Position numbers and translations under genes: made by a program
Shown: positions 26,390 to 38,479 of the stretch, one piece after another
Position numbering within the stretch: position 1 is the stretch's first letter
How the letters are laid out: every line of letters begins with the position of its first letter
The notes under the pieces: model-generated
What the model was told of the DNA's origin: nothing
The model's input: the letters and a program-made list of their open reading frames with translations, nothing else
Database searches by the model: none
Assembly: GCF_006345805.1 (NCBI RefSeq)
Contig: NC_043012.1
Span: forward strand, 35,836,001 to 35,900,000
Length of the DNA: 64,000 nt
Direction of reading: 5' to 3'
Source of the DNA: Octopus sinensis
Taxonomy: Eukaryota

Positions 26390-27210
26390 ATCGTGGTGGT
26401 GGTGTGGTGGTGGTGGTGGAATTGGTAACAGTAATGTTAATATTAAAAACAGTGAAATAGTTGTGGACGTAGTGCTTGAGAGTGTATTGGTAATTGTGAT
26501 GGTGTTGCTGGTGGTGTTGCTGGTGGTGGTGTTGGTGGTGGTTTTGGTGGTGGTGGAGCTACTGATAGTAATTTGGTTGGTGTTTGATGATGATGATGGT
26601 GATGATGGTGGTGGTGGTGGTGGTGGTTTTGGTGGTGGTGTTGCTGGTGGTGGTGGTGGTGGTTTTGGTGGTGGTGGTGGAGCTACTGATAGTAATTTGG
26701 TTGGTGTTTGATGATGATGATGGTGATGATGGTGGTGGTGGTGGTTTTGGTGGTGGTGTTGCTGGTGGTGGTGGTGGTGGTTTTGGTGGTGGTGGTGGAG
26801 CTACTGATAGTAATTTGGTTGGTGCTTGATGATGGTGATGATGGTGGTGGTGGTGATGAGTAGTTGTGGTAGTGGTAGTGGTGGTGTTGGTGTTGGTGGT
26901 GGTGTTGGTGGTGGTGTTGGTGGTGGTGGCAATGGTAGTGGTGATCATGATTGTGATAATGATGATGGTGGCAGTGGTGGTAGTGACAAGGGTTGGTGAT
27001 TGCAATTTGGTTTGTGGATGATGATAATGATGATGATGATGATGAGGAGGAGGAGGAGGAGGAGGAGAGAAGGATGACAATGAGGAAACGACGACGATGA
27101 TGAGGATGGTAGAGTGGTAGAGTGTGATGATGACTACAGTGGTGACAACAGTAACAGATGTGGCGTTAACTGTGATGATGATGATAATGATGATGATGAT
27201 GATGATGATG

Positions 27211-27272
<62 letters not shown>

Positions 27273-27420
27273 CTTGTAGTAGTGTTGGTCACAAAGGTGA
27301 ATGCAATAGTGTAGGTAGTAGCAGCAGTGGTGATGACGTTTCTAGAGAAATAGCAGTGCTGGTGATGGTGGTGGTGGTAGTAGTGGTGGTGGTGGTGGTG
27401 GTAGCTGTAATAGAAGTAGT
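26390..27420. repeat. (GGT)/(GAT) trinucleotide patchwork containing a ~120-bp unit repeated ~2.3 times
   Basis: Anchor ggagctactgatagtaatttggttggtg at 26555, 26679 and 26797. Confidence 0.9.
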
Positions 27421-27714
27421 CCTACGGTAAAGTACACCCTGTTTCAGCTGTTCTTCTGCTCTTAAGTCATGGTCGTACAATTTTCTTAAAACAAAGCTCA
27501 CTATCTTCTACTAGTTGCTTAGTTGCTATGGTTATGCTGCAAAAAAATTTCTACTACCTACATATGTGTGTCTGTGTTGTATATATATATATATGTGTGT
27601 GGTGTGTGTGTGTGTGTGTATATATATGTATATTTATATATATGTATATGTGTATATATATGTGTGTGTGTGTGTATATATGTATATATATTTATATATA
27701 TATATTTCTGTGTG

Positions 27715-27746
<32 letters not shown>

Positions 27747-27920
27747 ATGTATGTATGTATGTATATATTCTGATCTTTTATGCGGCTGCTGCCTTGAAGA
27801 GTTTAGTTGAACAAATTGGCCCCAGTTTTTATTCCTTTTTTTAAACCTGGCACTTATTCAATTGGTCCATTTTTGTTGAACTGCAAAGTTACAGGAATGC
27901 AGACAAGCACAGACATAAAG

Positions 27921-27967
<47 letters not shown>

Positions 27968-28114
27968 CGCATACATACATACATATATACATACAGACAG
28001 ATAGACATATTTATAGAGATAGAGAGACAATGAGGAAGAGAGAGAGAGAGAGAGAGAGACAAACAGACAGTCAGTCAGATAAATAAACTGACAGATATAT
28101 AGAGATGTTGATAT

Positions 28115-28197
28115 CTACACAGTAGGCTTCTACACAGTAGGCTTCTACACAGTAGGCTTCTACACAGTAGGCTTCTACACAGTAGGCTTCCACACAG
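28115..28197. repeat. 15-bp tandem repeat (CTACACAGTAGGCTT) x5 plus a partial unit
   Basis: Five exact units 28115-28189, running into a family C SINE remnant. Confidence 0.95.
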
Positions 28198-29068
28198 TTT
28201 CCATGTACCAAATTCACTGACAGATACAATTTTGTTTAGGACAGGGCTATAGTAGAAGACCATCCAATCATTTCCGGCACAGAAGGTGGATGTTAAACGA
28301 TGATGATGATGATGATGATGGTGATGGTGGTTGTGGTGGTGGTGGTGGTGATATATAGTCATCATCATCATCATCATCATCATCATTTAAAATCCCTATC
28401 TCTGTTCCCTAATGGCATGGGTTGGTTGGTGTGGCAGACCTAATGTATCCAATCACTGTGTTCCATTTGTCTGTTTTGCCATGGTCCCTATGGTCAGATG
28501 CCCTTCCTAACACCAACCACTTTACAACATGTTCTGGGAACTTTTTTGTTTGTGCCACCAACACAAGCGAGTCTGGCATGCAGCTTGCAAAGCTACGAAC
28601 CACAAATGAGGTAACCTCATGTTAGGAGATGAGGGGTTAAAGTATTAGAGAAAGGGCTAGAACAGAACAGATCTCTTTCTGTAGCGGGGGCCACATAGCT
28701 AATTCATATTTGAGAGGAGATGTGGAGAAAGGAGGAGCTATAAAATAGCAGTGATGAGGCATCTGTGTGGACCCTAGAGGTAGAAGGTGAAAAGAATTGA
28801 GTGACAGCAGAAGAAGTGGGAGTATGTGTGGGTAGAGGTTGCTAAAGATTGTGAGAGAGTGAGACATAGGGGAATATAATGACATAGGGGAATATAATGA
28901 CTGAAGAACAAATGGTGTGTAGATGATGAGTAGGGGAGAGTAGGTGACAACTGTAGAGATTGGATAGAGTTGAAGGGTATGGAGAGAGTGATGGGTTACG
29001 GGGGGGGGGGGACCAATGATGAGGGGTGAGGGAGGAAGAACACCAGATCTGTTATAGATACAGTATAT

Positions 29069-29154
<86 letters not shown>

Positions 29155-29300
29155 TATATATATACATGTATATATATATATATATATATAATATATATAT
29201 ATATAATATATATATATATAATATATATATATATATAATATATATATATAATATATATATATATATGTGTATATATATATATCATATATATATACATGTA

Positions 29301-29351
<51 letters not shown>

Positions 29352-29817
29352 TATATAATTATAGATGCACACATGATGATGAATGTGTGAATGTATATAA
29401 ATCAGTAATTATTTTCTAATGAGGGTTAATTAAAATCAATTTTTGTATCATTTGGGAATAATGATAGCAGTAGAAACATGAGACTAACTGCAACAACTGC
29501 CTCCATTTTGCATAATAGTAATAAAAATAATCATCACCATCACCACCACCATCACCATTATGATCATGATCATGATTAGTTTGGCAGCAGTAATAGCACA
29601 TCAGAGAAAATACCTTGCTGTATTTAGTTGCCCTTATATGCTTTCTGAGTTCAAATTCCACCATGATCACCATTGCCTTTTTCCTTCTTCTACATGTCCA
29701 ACTTTGTGTCTTTATTGGAAGCGATTCTTCTTCTTCTTCTTCTTCTTCTTCTTCTTCTTCTTCTTCTTCTTCTTCTCCTCCTCCTCCTCCTCCTCCTCCT
29801 CCTCCTCCTCCTCCTTC

Positions 29818-30431
29818 AGTAGCTGATCCTTACATCCATATGAACCTTACAGCATCCTTTCTGCTTTTCTGGAAACAGGTTGTTTTCTTCCAGATGTTTG
29901 CTCATTCTCTGTGATATTATTGCAGTAAAGGCTTTGTAAATTGTTGGGAGACAAGTTATTGGTCTGTAATTTCGTGGGTTTGCTGTTTCGGTGTATTTAG
30001 GGATTAGAACAGTTTTTCCTTCCATGAGCCATTCAGACATTGTCTCTAGCTCTGCTAGTATTTCATTAAATTTCTCAGCGAGCTTTTTATGAGTTCCTCT
30101 TAGGTATTTTAACCAAAAGTTGGGAATCTTGTCGTACCTGGGTACTTTCTAGTTGCTTAGTTTTTGCAGTGCCTGGGTGACCTTTTCAGTTGTTATAGGG
30201 GCCCAGAGTTGTTCAGGTGCTGAGTTTGTTGTTTTGATAGACCTTTTCTGAGGTTGTTCCTTTGCTGAGCACATTTCTTTCCAGTATTGCTCAATATTGT
30301 TGATTGTCTACTAGTTTCATTAACGATTCACAGATCCTTTCTCTTATTTTCTATTTTTTTCTGGATATTGTTTATTCGCCAGGCTTTGTTTAGGTGGTGA
30401 TACTCCTGATTGTATGGGTTTGTGGAGGCAG

Positions 30432-30432
<1 letters not shown>
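29818..30432 (-). mobile_element. R4/Dong-type non-LTR retrotransposon fragment (N-terminal RT region), decayed
   Basis: ...ITTEKVTQALQKLSN*KVPRYDKIPNFWLKYL...MSEWLMEGKTVLIPKYTETANPRNYRPITCLPTIYKAFTAIISQRMSKHLEENNLFPEKQKGC, then a frameshift to GSYGCKDQLL; 5' end abuts (AAT)n. Confidence 0.8.
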
Positions 30433-30488
<56 letters not shown>

Positions 30489-30960
30489 CATCATTATTAT
30501 TATTATTGCTGTTATTAAGGCAGTGAGCTGGCAGAGCTGTTAGCATGCCAGGCAAAATGCTTTGTGGCATTTTATCAGGCTTTGTGCCTATAGTAGAAAG
30601 GGTTATTATTATTAGTAGCAGCAGTGGCAACAGCAGTGGTGGTACTTGTAGTAGTAGTAGTAGAGTAGCAGTAGTGTTTTGTATGAGCTGATTTGGTAGA
30701 GAAGTTACTTTGCGATAGAGTGGAACCTCAGTTTACATTTACCTCTCATCACAAACAAATTGGTTGACAGACAATTTTTCAAACATAAACCATCTTGGTG
30801 GACAAACAGTGTCTCAAGTAGCAAACATGCAAGCCAGCAACAAAGGCTGTTGACAAGCTGGAATATAAGCGGGAGAGCATCAGTTGCTTTTTAGCTTTAG
30901 TCCAGTGCACATCTCTGCCCGAATTCTCTATTCCTTCTCTTGAATTTCATAACGGGGTTA

Positions 30961-31516
30961 TACGACAGTGAGTCAAAAAGTAATGCCATTTTGTTTAGGA
31001 CAGGTATAATTACCAACACAGGAACATGTATCATACATCAAAATGAAGCTGGTCCTCTGTGGATCACATCCCTACTTCTCAACATAGTCACCATTTCTCT
31101 CAACAGCAATGTTCCACCTTCCAATGAGAGCATATACCCCTGCCCCGTAAAATTCTGTTGACTGTTCTTTGAGCCACTTCTTCGCTACAAAGTCAAAGAG
31201 ACACCTTCACTCAAAGGCTCGTAACAGGTGATGAAACATGGGTTCATTATTATGAACCAGAATCAAAGAGGCAGTCAATGGAATGGCACCACTCTATGTC
31301 ACTACCATCAAAAAAGTTCAAGATGCAAAAGTCAGCTGGAAAAATCATGGCGACCGTCTTTTGTGATACTCAAGGTGTCATTCTGGTTGATTTCTTGCCA
31401 AAAGGAAAAACAATAAACTCATAATAAGCTTCATTTCGATATATGGTACATGTTCCTGTGTTGGTAATTTTACCTGTCCTAAACAAAATGGCATTATTTT
31501 TTGACTCACCCTCGTA
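30961..31516. mobile_element. Rearranged non-autonomous mariner element with 90-bp inverted ends
   Basis: 30961-31050 vs reverse complement of 31427-31516: 7 mismatches in 90 bp, both starting TACGA. + strand 31183-31423 gives RLVTGDETWVHYYEPESKRQSMEW...KSAGKIMATVFCDTQGVILVDFLPKGKTINS; - strand 31182-31072 gives KKWLKEQSTEFYGAGVYALIGRWNIAVERNGDYVEK*. Confidence 0.9.
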
Positions 31517-31544
31517 GTTTCACTTTACAGACATTTCAGGCGAT

Positions 31545-31653
31545 GAATGGTCTTCAAGAATGGTCTTCAAGAATGGTCTTTAAGAATGGTCTTCAAGAAT
31601 GGTCTTTAAGAATGGTCTTTAAGAATGGTCTTTAAGAATGGTCTTCAAGAATG
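31545..31653. repeat. 13-bp tandem repeat GAATGGTCTT(C/T)AA x8
   Basis: Eight contiguous units with a single C/T variant position; no spacers. Confidence 0.95.
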
Positions 31654-32159
31654 AGTTAAATTTGTAAACCGAGGTTTCACTACATTTGTTTCTGTTTTTT
31701 ACTTTCTGAGTTCAAATCTCACTGAGATCAACTTTGCTTTTCATCCTTTCAGGGTCAATAAAGTAAATACCAGTCAAGTACCCTGGAGGGGAGGGTATCA
31801 ATTTCACACCCACCCTCTCTGAATTGCTGGCCTTGTGACTAAAGTAGCAACAATTACCGTATAATTATAAATTTCTAGCTTCTAACTGATTGTCTTAGAT
31901 ACTGGTTGTTATGGCAACCTGGAAAAATATTTCTGTCTGATATAAATAAATTGTGTGTGTGTGTGTGTGGTGTGTGTGTATTAATGTGTGAGTGTGTGTG
32001 AGGGTGTTAATGTGTGTATGTGAGTGAGTGTGTATGTGTGTATTAAGAATGTTATCATTCATGTGTTTGTGCTTAACCACAGTAACAACAACAACAACAA
32101 CAATAGCCACAGAAATAAATTGCTGACTCAGAAAATTGGACCTGGAATAGCAAAGCAAC

Positions 32160-32555
32160 AAGAATATTAATATTAAGACATAGATGACAAAGAGGAGGAA
32201 AAATAACAACAACCACAAGAAGAAGGAGGAGGAGGAGAAGAAGAAGAAGAAGAAGAAGAAGAAGGAGAAGGAGAAGAAGAAGGAGGAAGAAGAAGAAGAA
32301 GAAGAGGAAGAAGAAGAAAAAGAAGGAGAAGAAGGAGAAGGAGGAGGAGGAGAAAGAGAAAGAGGAGGAGGAGAAGAAGAAGAAGAAGAAGAAGGAAAAG
32401 GAGAAGAAGGAGGAGGAGGAGGAGGAGGAGAGAAGAAGAAGGAAAAGGAGGAGGAGAAGAAGAAGAAGAGAAGAAGAAGGAGAAGGAGGAGGAGGAGAAC
32501 GAAAAGGAGAAGGAGGAGGAGGAGAAAGAAAAGGAGAAGAAGAAGAAGAAGAAAG
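32160..32555. repeat. (GAA)/(GGA) polypurine tract
   Basis: Direct inspection. Confidence 0.95.
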
Positions 32556-33090
32556 TAGGTTTCTGTTTGAAGAAGAGTCGGTTATTATTTCTTGAAGAAT
32601 GATTGGACTCCATAGAAGCGTCCTCATTTATCCACAACATGTAAAAATGTTTAGTGAGATAATTAATGAGATGTGGGTATGGTGTGTCTTGAGTGACAGA
32701 TCTGTGAATCCTCATCGTCATCATCATCATTGTCATGATCATTTAAGGCCCCTTTGCCCATGCCATCATAGGTTGGCTTGTTTAACAGGAACTGATGGAT
32801 CACAGAACTGTACCAGTCTCCAACGTCTGCTTGGCATCATTTTTACAGTCGGATGCTGTCAAAAAAGCAGTACTAGCGAAGTCACCCAATACTTAGAAGA
32901 CAAGATCCTTCAATAAATATGTCTGGAAAATTCTCCATAAGCATTTTCTCCATGGGGAAATTTGCTGTAGGAAATTTCACTGTAAAGGAAGAACACAAAC
33001 AGACTGTAAACGAGAGAACTCGTTTTAAAGAAATTCCCATTCTCTAATTGGTAGGTCTTTTTGATGAAGTTGCCATTTTAAGAAAACAGC

Positions 33091-33121
<31 letters not shown>

Positions 33122-33126
33122 CTTAA

Positions 33127-33518
33127 TTTTACTTGTTTCAGTCATTTGACTGCAGCCATGCTGGAGCACTGCCTTTTAATCAAGCAAATCAAATCCAAGA
33201 TTTATTCTATGTAAGCCTAGTACTTATTCTATCTGTCTCTTTTACCGAACTAATGGGGACGTAAACACACCAGCATTGGTTGTCAAGTGATGTTAGGGGG
33301 GGGGGGGTTAAACACAGACACACAAACATACACATACATGCATATATATATACATGTATACGACAGGCTTCTTTCAGTTTCCATCTACCAAATCCATTCA
33401 CATGACTTTGGTTGGCCCGAGTCTATAGTAGAAGACACTTGCCCAAGGTGCCACACAGTCGGACTGAACCCAGAACCATGTGGTTGGTAAGCAAGCTACT
33501 TACCACACAGCCACTCCT

Positions 33519-33522
<4 letters not shown>
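33127..33522 (-). mobile_element. Full-length family C tRNA-derived SINE (probably CORE/OR-type)
   Basis: Reverse complement of the 57287-57698 family; bipartite with an internal (TA)/(TG) run. Confidence 0.85.
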
Positions 33523-33559
<37 letters not shown>

Positions 33560-33654
33560 AATATATATATTGCAATTTTTTGTTTTGCATATTTTTGTTG
33601 TATGGCAAATTTTCCTACAGCAAAAATGTTTACAACCCTCCATAAAGTAAGACT

Positions 33655-33884
33655 GTACGAGCATATAGTGTAATGGTTAAAAGCGCAAGATTGCTAGTTC
33701 AATTCCAAGCAGTGCCTTGACTAAATAATAATAATAATAATTACATCAGCAAAAAAATACCGTAGGAATGAGAAACCAGGGCACCTGATGAAGGCTGGAG
33801 GGTATATCAGCCAAAACATTGTGGTAGCAACAAACAAGATGAGGACACATATCCGTCAAATGTAAATAAAGTAAATAAAGTAAG
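33655..33884 (+). mobile_element. tRNA-headed SINE carrying a decayed minimal hammerhead-like motif
   Basis: A-box TAGTGTAATGG (33666), B-box AGTTCAATTCC (33696), CAC-CTGATGA-A-GGCTG..CAGCC-AAA-ACAT-T-GTG (33782-33823), tandem tail tgtaaataaagtaaataaagta. Confidence 0.6.
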
Positions 33885-34391
33885 AGCGCTGTATTAAAGG
33901 AGGTGAAAGCGTGATAGAGGGGCTGGCCATGGATCCAATTGGACCTGGCGGGGTAGTCGGGGGGGGGGGCTACATAACAACATTAACGATAAAGAGGATC
34001 AAAGTGAACAACAAAAAAAATTGTAGAAATTATGCAAAAAATAAATAATAAGCAGCAATAACAACAGGGAATCAATAAAAGATTCTTGTGGGTCTTTGAC
34101 TGACTTGAAACAACAGCAAAATCTCCCTCAAAGCAGACTCTTGCCATTTTGAAAAAAAAACAATATCACAGGGGATTCTGAAGTTTGGGAGGGACGAAAT
34201 ATATAATAATTAAATGATCAAAGCCTCCTCTTTCAGGACTGACCTGGGGTTAAACAACAACAGCAGCTATAATAATTAGAAGAAGTGAATAATATAAAAC
34301 AAGTCATTAAAGAAAAACACATGACCAAAAAAAAAAACAAATCTGATTGGCTTTTCTTGAAAATAGCAACGAATTCTTGGCAGCTTATTTA

Positions 34392-34430
<39 letters not shown>

Positions 34431-34704
34431 GTTATTCTTGTGTGAAATAAATGAGTCAGAGGTGCCTTAGGGTCTGTCCCCAACTGAAATAATACAATTG
34501 TTTTAATTAGCTTGTATTCCATGTTGATTCGTTAAATGTTGGGCATCATCGTTGTTATATCATCATCTCTGTGGAAAGTTGTAATTAGCGGAGAAAATGG
34601 AGTTTGAGGTCGTCACTGGGAATTACTTATTTGAGGATTTCACGGCAAACTTTATGAAGAAACAAACCGTTTCTGCAGAGCTGCAACTTGTAATTTGCAT
34701 ATTA

Positions 34705-34884
34705 TGAACATCATCATCATCATCATCATCATCATGGTCGTCATCATAATTGTCATCATTATCATTATTATTATTACTATTATTGCAAAATGAAAGAAAT
34801 TAATATTATTAATTTATTATAGTTATGATTGAAATTATAATTATTATTACTATCATTATTGATATTCATTATTATCATTACTTC

Positions 34885-34952
<68 letters not shown>

Positions 34953-34976
34953 TTATTATTGTTGTTATTATTATTA

Positions 34977-35026
<50 letters not shown>

Positions 35027-35030
35027 GATA
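34705..35030. repeat. (ATC)n/(ATT)n array
   Basis: Direct inspection. Confidence 0.95.
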
Positions 35031-35132
35031 TTGTTACAAATATTTCTATCTAAACGAAATAAGAAATTACTTTTATGCATAATAGAAAATATTTATTATT
35101 CACATACAAACAGATGCATATATATGTATATG

Positions 35133-35164
<32 letters not shown>

Positions 35165-36339
35165 CAAACATGTATATATATACACACACATGTATATATA
35201 TATGTATATTATATATGTATGTATATATATATATATATTATATATATATATATAATAATATATATATTATATATATATATACATATATATGCATATATAT
35301 ATATATATTCACATACAAATATATATAAATAGATTAATTTATTATTAGTTGATTATATTCATAAGTTTTGAAAGAAAAATAATTAAAATTTCATTAAATA
35401 TAATGAAGAAAATTAAATGTTAGTTTTTCAATAAAATACTTTGAACAGCATTAGTCATTATTTATTTTCTAAATTATATTTATTATGTTTATATTTATGA
35501 TTCCCTATGCACACAAATATAAATGCATACATACTTGTGTGTGTGTGGTTAGAATGTAGCATGGGAAAGTGAATGTTTAATGATGATGTTGGAATAAATG
35601 ACTATGTATGTATATATATATATTGTATATATACATGTATGTTATGTGTGTATGTGTGTACACAAACACATGCATATACACATACCTATATAAATATGTG
35701 TGTCAGTGTATATGTGTGTGTGTGTGTGTACACACAAGCACACATGCTTATACATATGATATATATTATATTTTGTTTTGGTCAAGTCCTGCTACTCTGA
35801 GTTTCCCCTGTAGGTGCACAGGATCCTCAGTCAAGTTATGACAGTCATATCTTGCCCAAAGTAAAACATCAATAATCTTTACCATGGTATTGAGTACTGG
35901 TTTTTTCTGATAGTTAACACCAAATAGCTACATTATAAATGTATATAGATCATCGTCATCATCATCATCATCATCATTTAATGTCTGCTCTCCATGCTGG
36001 CATGGATTGGACAGGTTGACATGGAGCTGGCTAGTAGGGGTCAGCTGTCCAGATTCAAACTGTCTGTTGTGGCATGGTTTCTATGGCTGGATGCCCTTCC
36101 TAATGCCAACCACTTAGCAGGATTGCATTTTACATGCTACCAGCATGGGCATGTTCATGCAGCACCAGCACAGTGGAGGCGCAGTGGTTAGGGGCAGCAG
36201 ACTCATGGTCAGAGGATCATGGTTTTGATTCCCAGACCGGGTGTTGTGTTTGTTTATTGAGCGAAAACACCTAAAGCCCATTTTATGTGGCACTGACACC
36301 TGTAAAAGACATGCCTGAATGTGTGGAAAACAGCGATTT

Positions 36340-36540
36340 TACTTTGCACATCTTCTAAAGTGCAGCAAATTGCCACATCTCCCTGTTCCTTGTCATTTCC
36401 TCAGTGAGGCCCAGCATCCGGAGATCATTTCTCACCACATCTTCCTGGGTCTACACCTTCCCTGCATAATTAGAGCTTGCCACTTCTTTATGTAGCTGTC
36501 CTCATCCATATGCATCATATGACCAAACCAGTGCAGTCTT
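36340..36540 (-). mobile_element. Decayed RTE LINE ORF C-terminal fragment
   Basis: Minus strand gives RLHWFGHMMHMDEDSYIKKWQALIMQGR..RPRKMW, resembling the RTE RLRWFGH...GRPRKTW motif. Confidence 0.6.
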
Positions 36541-37334
36541 CTGTGTGTGTGTGTGTGTAATACGCACATATATATATATACATATAGTTTGATAGATAGA
36601 TAGATAGATAGTTAGATAGGTAGGTAGGTAGGTAGGTAGGTAGGTAGGTTGGCAGACAGACAGATAGATGTACACACAATGTGTGTGTCTTTTCATTTTG
36701 AATATAAAACACAGTAACATTTAGATATTGTCATTAGAGGCAAAAAATGAAAATTGTTTTAACAAAGTATTTTGAATTAATTATATCTACACTTGAAATT
36801 TTTTGAAAAAATGTGCATTAGCAAACTACACAGCATTTCAACTCAGTGTTTGTTCCATTAAATTGTGATTCTACTTGTTAGAGATCAACTTGAAAGTGCA
36901 GAATTTAATAAGGTTTTAATGAAACCACCATTCAAGTGTGGTCGATGCCAGTACTGCTTGACTGGCCCTTGTGGCAGTGGCATGTAAAAAGCACCCACTA
37001 CACTCTTGGAGTGGTTGGTGTTAGGAAGGGCATCCAGCTGTAGAAATTTTGCCAGATCATATTGGAGCCTGGTGCAGCCTTCTGGCTTGCCAGCCCTCAG
37101 TCAAACCATCCAGCTCATGCCATCATTGAAAGCAGACATTAAACGACAATAATGATGATGAGAGGATCAATTAGAAAGAGTTCAATTGTGGATTAATTAG
37201 ATAGTGGTTCATCTCGATAGAGGATTAAGTCTATTAATGCATTTTAAACTTCTTTTATGTAATAACTATTGCTGCCCTTTTTTTGCTTCTGCTAACATTT
37301 TGTGGTTAACCCCTTCACTGTGATTCAATAGAGT

Positions 37335-37660
37335 GAAGGACTGAGGCTTAGTGGTTAAGGTATTCAGCTCACGGTCATGTGATCCTGAGTTCAATTCCTG
37401 GCAGTATGTTGTGGCCTTGAGCAAGGCTCTGTATTTCACATTGCTCCAGTCCACTCAGCTGGCAAAAATGAGTTGTACCTGTAATTCAAAGGGGCCAGCC
37501 TTGCCCCATTCTGTGTCACAGTGAACCTCCCTGAGAGCTACATTAAGGGTACACATGTGTCTGTGGAGTGCTCAGCCACTTGCACGCTGGTTTCATGAAC
37601 AGATTGTTCCATTGACCAGATTAGCTGGAACTCCTGTCGTCATAAGTGATGACGGTCCAG
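37335..37660 (+). mobile_element. Family B tRNA-derived SINE, long copy
   Basis: gaggcttagtggttaagg...gagttcaattcc...cttgagcaag...gtccactcagctggcaaaaatgagt. Confidence 0.8.
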
Positions 37661-38023
37661 TGTTTTTTCTTTTATGATTCAACAAATACACCAGAAAAGA
37701 TTGTTGTCCACTAGTTTGTCACTGCTTGTACATCATAAGTCCTTTCATCAGTACAATATGGATGCTGGGTGATCTTTGCACACAGGCTAAAAATTGAAGT
37801 TATTTTTGAAAATTTGGACAATCCCTCCCACACACACACACCCTCTACTCTCTTTGTCCCCCTCAAATTCATATACCTTAGAACTCTCTCCCATCTCGAT
37901 GTTTTCCTCCTTCTTATGACCTAAACTCTTTTAAACTGAAGTAAATTTTTTCCTTTCATCTTGATTTGTACCTCTTTATAGTCCTTTACACTAAATGGCT
38001 TCTCACTTTTTTTTGGACTTTCT

Positions 38024-38067
<44 letters not shown>

Positions 38068-38117
38068 TCGTCCAAGCCAAAGGTGGTAGTATTCTCTTTG
38101 AAAAGCATTGAGATAAG

Positions 38118-38415
38118 GGCTCAACTAGAGATCAGATCAACTAGATTTAGATTCATTTAATCAGTAATTGAACTCACTAGATTGTGATTCAACTAAGTGG
38201 TGGATCAACTGGATTATGGTTTAGTTATGTATGGGATCAACTATGTGTGGTTCAACTAGATAGTGTATTGACTAGCTAGTAGATTGTGATTCAGCAAGGT
38301 AGTGGATTAACTTAGTGTGGTTCACTTTGGTAGCTGATTAATTAGGCAAGTGAATCGACTTGGCTATTGTTCATCTAAATATTGGATCAGCTGTGTAGTT
38401 AATGTATCAGCTAGG
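38118..38415. repeat. Degenerate minisatellite with a (G/T)ATCAACTAG-like core
   Basis: Recurrent tcaacta/tcaactg motifs at irregular ~12-20 bp spacing. Confidence 0.55.
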
Positions 38416-38479
38416 GCATGGATTGGTGTTCTGCCATGCTGGGGCACTGCTATTAGTGTGATTTCTAGTTTATTTCAAA

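Noticed and set aside
28115-31653. 13-bp and 15-bp arrays as CRISPR-like repeats
   Set aside because: Units are contiguous with no spacers, there are no cas genes, and the context is eukaryotic.
5408-37400. tRNA genes at A/B-box motifs (5410, 17020, 23340, 33666, 36180, 37345)
   Set aside because: No complete cloverleaf; each continues into SINE body sequence.
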